A DNA stretch of 64,000 bases from positions 317,750,001 through 317,814,000 of the forward strand of contig OZ024742.1 in the NCBI GenBank assembly GCA_964016885.1. Direction: 5' to 3'. The notes beneath the pieces are model-generated. The model was not told the DNA's origin. It saw only the letters and a list, made by a program, of their open reading frames with translations, and searched no databases. The stretch's first letter is position 1, and each line of letters opens with the position of its first letter. This stretch comes from Eledone cirrhosa. Its lineage: Eukaryota. Below are positions 1 to 8,950 of this stretch, piece after piece. The translations under genes and the position numbers were made by a program.

Positions 1-152
1 CATTCTGTGACCTCTTCAGTGACTGGGGATTCTTTTCTTTGTTTTTGTGCCTCTCCTTTGTACTGTCCTACGCCATCTTGAGGCACAAAAACAAAGAAAA
101 GAATCCCCAGTCACTTAAGAGGTCACAGAATGTGTGACGAAAGAACTTTGAC
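1..152 (+). mobile_element. Fold-back (inverted repeat) with hammerhead-ribozyme motif; probable Penelope-like element pLTR remnant
   Basis: 1-53 is the reverse complement of 80-132 (1 mismatch). 110-152 reads GTCA-CTTAAGA-GGTCAC-agaatgt-GTGAC-GAAA-GAACTT-TGAC. The mirrored arm has the canonical CTGAAGA core. Confidence 0.6.
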
Positions 153-300
153 AATATATGAAAAACCGTCCGGTTAAGGAACCAAACAACCAACCGAAAA
201 TTTATAAATTCTTAAATTTATAAATTTAATTTATAATAAATTGGAGTGAAAGCAACTGGTGCATGTGTTTCTTATTGGCAACATGACCCTCCCAAAGCAT

Positions 301-365
<65 letters not shown>

Positions 366-369
<4 letters not shown>

Positions 370-575
370 ACATATAAGGATGTTCTGTTTATATGCTTAG
401 TAACACCATTATGCAACTTGGTACTCGATACTTTTATTAAAGTAGAATATAGATATTTTTCTTCTTTCTATTGACCATATATATATATATATATATATAG
501 TACCAAGTTGTACCGAGTACCAAGTTGCATAATGGTGTTACTAAGCATATAAACAGAACATCCTTATATGTTGTA
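366..575. repeat. 62-bp perfect inverted repeat (366-427 / 514-575) among (TA)n tracts
   Basis: TACAACATATAAGGATG...CTTGGTACTCG and its exact reverse complement. Confidence 0.9.
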
Positions 576-762
576 AATATATACACGTATACAAGCAGAA
601 ACACAAATATACACACATGCAAACACATATATACATACATACGCATAGCAACTGAGATATTGCAATATGTATATAAATGTTTAAAGACCAAAGTATGTGC
701 ATGCTTATGTGTGTATGTGTGTGTGTGTGTGAAAATGAATGCACCATTTCGTGAATATGTCT

Positions 763-980
763 GTATGTAGGTATGTATATATGTATGTATGTATGTATAT
801 ATGCATGTATGTAAGTATGTATGAATTGTATGTATATATGTATGTATGTATGTAAGTATGTATGAACTGAATGTATATATGTATGTATGTATGTATGTAT
901 GAATGTATGTATGTATGTATGTATGTATGTATGTATGTATGTATGTATGTATGTATGTATGTATGTATGTAGGTAGGTAT
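763..980. repeat. (TATG)n microsatellite
   Basis: Direct reading. Confidence 0.95.
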
Positions 981-1253
981 GTGGGACTGGCTTTGTGCAG
1001 TGCCTTTGCTCACTATAAAAGCTTCACCGCACAGGCATTGCTTTATATCTGGAGATCTCTCTGCACTTGTCGTCACATGGTACCATGGGCTCAGCACTAT
1101 GTGACAATAATTGTCACAGGTGTAGTGTTTGTCCCGGAGTTTTCAAGTCGCTGGCTGGACTAAAAAGTTACACTTGTTCAGCGCATCGGTAGGGGTTCTC
1201 CTACATGGATATAAAGTAGTGGCCGTACTCGAAAACGAGTTGGCAGCCACCAA
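981..1253 (+). mobile_element. 5'-truncated copy of non-autonomous RTE-related retroelement (family A), (TATG)n tail
   Basis: Near-identical to the reverse complement of 11031-11307 and 52041-52314. Ends GGCCGTACTCGAAAACGAGTTGGCAGCCACC followed by TATG repeats. Confidence 0.85.
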
Positions 1254-1487
1254 GTATGTATGTAAGTATGTATGTATGTAAGTATGTATGAATTGCATGT
1301 ATATATGTATGCATGCATGTATGTATATAATCATATATGTGCCGATATATGTATGTATATATGTAAGTATATATGTATCTATATATATGTATATATATAT
1401 ATATATATATGTATGTATATGTATATGTATGCAGATCTCACCAGATCATATCAAATGCATTAACGGACTGGTACAGACATAAACAAA

Positions 1488-1541
<54 letters not shown>

Positions 1542-1852
1542 CATGCAAACATACATATATAAATAGACACTTATATACATACATAAATACATACATACAT
1601 AAATATATGCATGCATACGTACATACATATATCCATACATACATAGATGCATGCACATATACGTTCATACATACACACATGCACATACTTAGACATACAT
1701 ACATACATACATACATACATACATACATACATACATACATACATACATACACACGTATACATACATACATACATGCTTACACACGCATACATAGATACAT
1801 AAATACATACAGACATACATACATACATACACACGCATACATACATACATAC

Positions 1853-1883
<31 letters not shown>

Positions 1884-1953
1884 CATACACACGCATACAT
1901 ACATACATACATACATACATACATACATACATACATACATACATACATACATA

Positions 1954-2062
1954 CATGGTGGCTGCCAACTCGTTTTCGAGTACGGCCACTACTTTATATC
2001 CATGTATGAGAATTCCTACCGATGCGCTGAACAAGTGTAACTTTTTAGTCCAGCTAGCGACT
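1954..2062 (-). mobile_element. Short 3' fragment of family A element inside (CATA)n
   Basis: Same 3' terminal ~108 bp as the other family A copies; (CATA)n on both sides. Confidence 0.85.
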
Positions 2063-2160
2063 ACATACATACATACATACATACATACATACATACATAC
2101 ATACATACATACATACATACATACATACATACATACATACATACATACATACATACATAC

Positions 2161-2505
2161 TTGATGTAAACATTGTCAGAAAAATACAGAAGGAGGACAT
2201 CTACGGACCATTGATGAGGGTTTACAAATCCAGTATCCAAGATACACCTTTAGCTTCATACCCATAATTATTGGAGCTACGGGTTATATACCAACCCGCT
2301 TGGACCAAAGTATGACTGAACTTGGATTTGCGGACAAAAAGCGCAGCTCCCTAATTCATAGTCTACAAATGGCTGCGATAGCTGGCACCTTCAAAATTTG
2401 CAAAACATTCTTGCGATTCAAGGGATGACAATTTCTTTCACAACCTTGCCACCAGGAAGGTGGCCGGTCAAAAAAAATATACTCGAAATTAAGAGAAAGA
2501 GATAA
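2161..2505 (+). mobile_element. 3' end of R4/Dong-like non-LTR retrotransposon (restriction-like endonuclease C-terminus plus 3' UTR), in (CATA)n
   Basis: 2222-2428 translates LQIQYPRYTFSFIPIIIGATGYIPTRLDQSMTELGFADKKRSSLIHSLQMAAIAGTFKICKTFLRFKG*, preceded via a frameshift by DVNIVRKIQKEDIYGPLMR. This matches the recalled RLE pattern K..Y..L...PIVIGALG...LQKAA..GT..I. Confidence 0.75.
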
Positions 2506-3072
2506 TACACACATACATACATACAAATAAACTTACACAAATATATATATACACATACATACATTCAAGTATTTTGTGTGGTTTATGTGTGTGCACAAAT
2601 TCTGAAATCTTGCAAATCTATAAATCTCTGCTTGCGCTACTACGTACCGTCTGCACGTGCACGAGAAAATCATATATATCAATGCATTCATGTCAAGCAA
2701 TTATATATGTATGTGTGTGCGTTCGTGTATGTGTGTGTGTTTATGTGTATGTATGTGTGTGTGTTTATATGTGTTACATCATCTTCAATATACTGCTGAA
2801 TATATGCGTACGCGTTTTTTTATATACACGTAGATAGAAACCTGCACGTGATTCTACACACAAGAATATACCTTTGGCTACCCTTATACGCACATACCAA
2901 TATATATATTTACGCGCACACAATAATATACACATGCTTATTAGAGTACTAAATATATATAAATTCGCATACAAGCATGTGCATGTGTCTATATTAACGC
3001 ATATACGCATAGCTGGCACTGTGTGTGCATGTGTATAAGCATATATATATATGTAGATATGTATATATATAT

Positions 3073-3132
<60 letters not shown>

Positions 3133-3330
3133 GTAGGTAGGTAGGTAGGTAGGTAGGTAGGTAGGTAGGTAGATAGATAGGTAGGTAGGTAGGTAGGTAG
3201 GTAGGTAGATAGATAGGTAGAAAGATGTGTATGTCTATATGCATGCATATATATGTGTGTGTATGTGTGCGTGTGAGAGGAGAAAGAGAGAGAATATGTA
3301 TTATGTATATATATATATATGTATATATAC

Positions 3331-3366
<36 letters not shown>

Positions 3367-3421
3367 CTATATATATACATATATGTATATATATACATAC
3401 ATACATACATACATACATACA

Positions 3422-3499
<78 letters not shown>

Positions 3500-3669
3500 T
3501 ATATACACACATATATGTATGTATGTATCAGACGACCAGAAAATAACTGTTTCGATTATGCATACTGCCTTGTTTATAAGTTCTACACGGGTTTCATTAA
3601 TGCACTTTATACTAATGCAGACACCATATACAAAAGTAACATACAAATATATAGATAGAGAGAGGGGGA

Positions 3670-3730
<61 letters not shown>

Positions 3731-3750
3731 AGAGACAAAGAGAGAGAGAT

Positions 3751-3816
<66 letters not shown>
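3073..3816. repeat. Compound microsatellites (GATA)n/(GGTA)n/(TA)n/(CATA)n/(GA)n
   Basis: Direct reading. Confidence 0.95.
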
Positions 3817-3818
<2 letters not shown>

Positions 3819-4067
3819 GTTTCTTTATTCGCTACGAGAGCGCAAAAGATGGGGACAAATACAAAGGGGGGAGTTTACATATATATAAAATATCGAGTAA
3901 ACAGGTAATAACAATTAAATACAAACAATCGATATCCTCAATAGGGAGGGGGCGTTAACAGGGGTTACACACATCCCCCGAAAAAATATGCAACCCTCCT
4001 CTTCAGAAGCACGAAGAGCGAGCGCTCCCTTCCTCTCTTCTTTCTCCCCTTCCTCAACCTACAGGCT
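3817..4067 (-). mobile_element. Probable 3' UTR fragment of a non-LTR retroelement inserted in (GATA)n
   Basis: The minus strand ends ...TTTGTATTTGTCCCC...GCGAATAAAGAAACC followed by (TATC)n. GATA repeats flank both sides. No coding remnant seen. Confidence 0.4.
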
Positions 4068-4810
4068 TAGATAGATAGATCTGTTCGGGCGTATTTTTAA
4101 TAGTGGATAAAGTCATTGACATACAGAGGATTTTGTACCAAGAAGTGCATGAAAGATCGTCTGTGTTTGTATGTATGTAGGCATGTATGTGTGTATGTAT
4201 GTAGATATGTATGTAAGTATTTATGTAGGTATGTAGTTAGGAAGGTAGGTAGGTGGGTAGGTAGGTAGCTACCTAGCTACTTACCAACCTACGTATATAT
4301 GTGTATGGATGTTTTTATGCATATATGTACATGTGCATGTGAAATTGCATGCCTGCTTATGGGTATGTACATACAACGTATGCACTCCTGTGACAGAAAA
4401 TCTCCTTGTCTGCATGTTATTTGTTACAGAATGTGAGCATTGTGCACGTGGTTTATGTGAACGAGTGCAGTTGGCATGGATGTGTGTCAACATGAGATGT
4501 GAAGTGCCTGCATGTTTAAGGGCTGTGGTGCGCAAATGTCATCCTATTTATACTCTGTAGCTATTAGCCTTTAAACACTTTCTGGTACTGATACACATTC
4601 ATATATCTACATCATATAACTGTATCCGCGCGTGTGCGTGTGAAAATGTGTGAGTCCCAAATGTAGAAATTAACTGTAATATCAGCAGGTAATAGTTGAA
4701 AAATTGGATAAATTACCCTAATTGACGCAAAAAGTAGACGTGGACGGTTTTAGGTCTCATGCATTTTCAAATTTCCAAATTTCAAACATTCCCAGACTTT
4801 CCATCATTCA

Positions 4811-4889
4811 TTTCATCCTTACGGGGTCGATAAAATAAAGTACCAGTAATGCACTGATTAATTGCTGGCTTTGTGCCAAAAGTAGGAAC

Positions 4890-4893
<4 letters not shown>
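4811..4893 (+). mobile_element. 3' fragment of tRNA-derived SINE (family S1)
   Basis: TTTCATCCTTACGGGGTCGATAAAATAAAGTACCAGT...GCTGGC(C/T)TTGTGCCAAAAGTAG, shared with 55877-56071. Confidence 0.8.
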
Positions 4894-4938
<45 letters not shown>

Positions 4939-5189
4939 ACGATACAATAACGGAGCCATAGACACTCGCCGTTCCCTGTAAATAATGTGCTCAGAGGAGA
5001 GGAAATCCTGGGCACTTTAAAATACAATATGTTGAAAAGGTAACACACTAGAAAGAGATACAGTGCGCCATCAATACAACAGGGAAAAACCACCAGTATA
5101 ATGGAATCTATAACCTATGAAAGGCAGAATATAGACACGATCATTAAAAATATAAATTAAAGCGTAAATAAATACCTCTATAACTATAT

Positions 5190-5273
5190 AACACACGTAC
5201 AAATCCAAAGAGATCTATTTCGCAAGTAAGTTGTTGACAGAAATGGAATAACCCAGGTTCATCAGCGTGTGTT
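5190..5273 (-). ncRNA. Type I hammerhead ribozyme (mirror copy)
   Basis: AACACACG-CTGATGA-(stem II)-GAA-ATAGATC-tctttg-GATTTGT-A-CGTGTGTT. Confidence 0.7.
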
Positions 5274-5560
5274 AGGCTATACATTTCAGACAACACTAAG
5301 AGAATTTTTAAAGCGGCCGTCCAACTACACGTGGGCGAGAGAAGTCACAGCGTATTTAAGGGCAGTGAACCAGTGGCCTCTGAGGGACGAGCTGCTAGAA
5401 AGGGCAGCCCAAAGCCACTCAGAGAAGTGTGCTCAGCCAAACAAAGAGAGTGGAGAAAGACTGTTATAAGGAGCGAAATATCACGATACATTAACGGAGC
5501 CATAGACTCTCGCCGTTCCCTGTAAATAATTCTCTTAGTGTTGTCTGAAATGTATAGCCT

Positions 5561-5644
5561 AACACACGCTGATGAACCTGGGTTATTTCCTTTCCGTCAA
5601 CAACTTACTGGCGAAACAGATCACTTTGGATTTGTACGTGTGTT
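5561..5644 (+). ncRNA. Type I hammerhead ribozyme
   Basis: Stem I AACACACG/CGTGTGTT (8 bp); core CTGATGA...GAAA; stem III ACAGATC/GATTTGT; GUA cleavage triplet. Stem II is long and imperfect. Confidence 0.75.
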
Positions 5645-5970
5645 ATATAGTTATAGAGGTATTTATTTACGCTTTAATTTATATTTTTAATTATTGTGTC
5701 TATATTCTGCCTTTCATAGGTTATAGATTCCATACACTGGTGGTTTTTTCCCTGCATTATTGATAGCGCACTGTATCTCTCTCTAGTGTGTTACCTTTTC
5801 AACATATTATATATATATATATATATATATATACCCTTACCTTTTGCCCTATACATATATATGGTTTAGGGCTTGTAACGTCAAGTTCCTAGTAGTTCAC
5901 AAAATTGAACTCTCGATGCGTATACTTATGTACTTTGTTTGAGATTGTACTAAGCAGAGTACAATAGTAT

Positions 5971-6051
<81 letters not shown>

Positions 6052-6142
6052 ATTGGACAAAAAATAGAAAACGTGATAGAGAGGTGGCGCCGATACAGTC
6101 GTCAATATAACGACCATATAGCTCAGGTGTAGGTCCAGTGTA

Positions 6143-6176
6143 CTTCTGATGAAGGACTAGCGTCCGAAACTTTAAG
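6143..6176 (+). ncRNA. Minimal hammerhead-like motif (PLE type), stem III degenerate
   Basis: CTT-CTGATGA-A-GGAC-tagc-GTCC-GAAAC-TTT-AAG. Confidence 0.55.
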
Positions 6177-6264
6177 ACCCTCTTCCTGCTATTTCAAGCG
6201 TTAACCTAATATATTCCTTCCATATACTGCACCGATTGTGTTGTTATTTCTGTTTACCTTTTCT

Positions 6265-6317
<53 letters not shown>

Positions 6318-6414
6318 AATGAATATATGAGAAGGATGAACACCGATACAAGTAAACATGCGTTCGAATTGTAAATAACCAAGTTCGCTAGGTTGAAAAA
6401 GACTAATTTATAAG

Positions 6415-6843
6415 TATAAGTATGTATACGTACATACATATATGCATACAGACGTACAGTAGTATGTATATACATACATACATGCACACATATATATATA
6501 TATGTACGTATGGGTTTACCGAACATTTATTATAATGTTCGGTTTGTTGGTAAACAAACAGCCCGTATTAAGCCGTACAGTGTTCGGCAACCATCGTTGC
6601 CCTTTTGTTCAATACTGACAAAGAAACGATGAACTAGTTTCTAGCTTATTAGCTGTCATCAGCACCGTATACCTTCTTGTCAGTCGATTGAACGTTTGAA
6701 AGTATACACTTTCCTTATGCATATTAACGGCTGAGCAGCCTAATTTGCATATCGAGTGAGTTAGTCGGCCGGGCGTACCGAAAACGATAAATGTACTACT
6801 GTACGTCTGTATACATATATGTATGTACGTATACATACTTATA
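6415..6843. repeat. 50-bp inverted repeat (6415-6464 / 6794-6843, 1 mismatch) enclosing 329 bp
   Basis: TATAAGTATGTATACGTACATACATATATG(C/T)ATACAGACGTACAGTAGTA and its reverse complement. Confidence 0.85.
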
Positions 6844-6892
6844 TTTCAGTATCACCCGTACTAAGAGTGAGAAATGAAATTTCATTTTTTCC

Positions 6893-6953
<61 letters not shown>

Positions 6954-7110
6954 CGGCGAATTGACAGTGTTATGAGAACGTTGGAGAGAATGCTTTGTGG
7001 TATTCGTTTCGGCTCTCTTCTCTCTATGTTCAAACCCCGACGAGGTCAACTTTGCCTTTCATCCTTTCGAGGTCGATTAAAAGGTTCCAATCCAGTATTG
7101 GGGGCGATTC
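6954..7110 (+). mobile_element. tRNA-derived SINE family S1 (diverged)
   Basis: B-box-like GTTCAAACC followed by GAGGTCAACTTTGCCTTTCATCCTTTCGAGGTCGAT. Confidence 0.75.
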
Positions 7111-7194
7111 TTCCTCTATATCTCTTGCTCACTCTCAGGCCTAGTCTGGAAGAAATCTGGTTGAATGCATCAGGAATACATCATACATATGGTA

Positions 7195-7297
7195 TTGTGT
7201 GGTTCTGTAACTCCTGATAGAGTCGTAGAGGCGCCGTATTGACAGACGGCGTTTCTTGGACATTTTAAGCCTGGCGGAACCCATCCCTCTTCGGGCC
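7195..7297 (+). repeat. Dispersed repeat, copy 1 (copy 2 at 44410-44512)
   Basis: GTAACTCCTGA...GCC(G/A)TATTGAC...CGTTTCTTGGACATTTTAA...CCCATC shared between the two loci. Confidence 0.75.
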
Positions 7298-7329
7298 TGA
7301 ATACAGTTGATTTCTTCCAGAAAAGGAAG

Positions 7330-7484
7330 AATCGACTCCAGTACCCAACCGGAACTTTTTGTTATCGACCTCGAAAGTATGAAAGGCAAAGTTGACCTCG
7401 GTGGGATTTGAACTCAGAAAGCAGAGAGCTGGAACGAATACCGTAAAGCATTCTATCCGACGTTCTAACGACTCTGCCAATTCG
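7330..7484 (-). mobile_element. tRNA-derived SINE family S1
   Basis: TGAAAGGCAAAGTTGACCTCGGTGGGATTTGAACTCAGAA on the plus strand is the reverse complement of the S1 head and core. Confidence 0.8.
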
Positions 7485-7499
7485 ATACCCATATATATA

Positions 7500-8170
7500 T
7501 ATCACTCCAATACGTGTTCCAGCCGACAGGCTATTCTATATTGATAAACCGAATTATGTTTTCATAACTAATGTATTTTTGCAATTGACGTTAGTCCGAT
7601 GTACTCACCGGGAAGTCTGGAATAATTGGTCGTATTTGCTGGTCTGATTAGCCAGATTATAGGTTATGGGTTTTATAGTGTAGTATATAACCTCCATTTG
7701 TATTGACTGATAGCCAATAGTTTACATTTGAGACAGTTTCATGTCTGGTATTTTTGTAAGTGACATCTAATATTTTGACAAATACCAACAGATGGATCTT
7801 GTATAGAATTTATTATTTTGTTGGCAGTGTGTGACGATGAAGTTCATTCTTTTTGACAGGTATCAGAAAATAGTTCTACTTTTGACATGATGGCATAGTT
7901 TGTCGTGTACCATAGTTTGGAAATGTAACTAATCGTATTTTTTGGTGGCCTACGTTTTTTTTGTTTTTTCTTATATGATGTATCTGAGATGCTACTTTGA
8001 ATTTAGTTAACAGGGATGTTGGTTTAATGGTGGCAAGCGGAGATGAGTTCAGATCTTTTGTTTGGAACAGGGGCACGTTGTCAAAATATATGTGGGGTTT
8101 CCCTGGGAGGCAGAGGTTGCAGAACTTGAATATGTTTATATGATTGCCCATGTAATGCATATGTTTATTC
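7500..8170 (-). mobile_element. Possible highly degraded Penelope-like element (GIY-YIG remnant plus degenerate hammerhead at the 3' end)
   Basis: The minus strand has VIY...EYIGLT codons (~7590-7692), then AGCC-tgtc-GGCT-GGAAC-ACGTA near 7510-7533. Confidence 0.3.
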
Positions 8171-8659
8171 ACTCATAATATATATATATATGCGTGTGTG
8201 TGTTTGTGTACGTGCATGTGTGTGTGTGTGTGTGTGTCCATGCGTGTGTGTGAGTGTCTGCGTACGTGTGTATGTGTGTGTGTGTGTGCATTATAGTGCT
8301 GTTAGTTCTGTAGGAGAGTGCAGGTGTTAGTGACCAATATCCAATATCTCAAAACGTGCAGTTAAGAGATTAGACATTTTACATTGTATTGAGTGAGTCA
8401 TCCATACAGATACATAAATAATAATAATGACACATGCACACGCATACACACATACACATACACACATACGCACTCGTACACATGTACATATATGCACATG
8501 CAGTGACACGTGTTTATAGATATAGATGAATATAAATGCACACATATGGGCAAACAGTGATATGCAGACATATGCATACACATGCATATATCTAACAGTA
8601 GACAAATGATAGATAGATAGATAGTTGATGGATGGATGGATAGATAGATAGATGATAGG

Positions 8660-8742
<83 letters not shown>

Positions 8743-8950
8743 CCTACATTATAGATGGACACAGATACAGACACAAGGCACATATCTTCACCAACATTTA
8801 CACACACGTGCATATACATGCGGAATAGAATCAATACTCCTATACATTTAAATGACCCAAAGTATAGATGTGTTAATATATATATACATTCACAGTCACT
8901 CTGAAATTTAACATAACATGCATATATTCATATGCATACATACATACATA

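Larger units (their letters stand above)
4932..5808. mobile_element. Penelope-like element remnant: ~280-bp inverted repeat (5026-5306 / 5528-5808) plus ~53-bp direct repeat (4932-4986 / 5478-5530)
   Basis: Arms are ~93% reverse-complementary by eye and each contains a hammerhead motif. The combined tandem and inverted layout is characteristic of PLE pLTRs. Confidence 0.75.

Noticed and set aside
231-3680. Many ORFs rich in YI/HT/CV/MY repeats (also at 45-48 kb, 59-63 kb and elsewhere)
   Set aside because: They are translations of (TA)n, (CATA)n, (CA)n and (CT)n microsatellites, which lack stop codons; there is no domain evidence.
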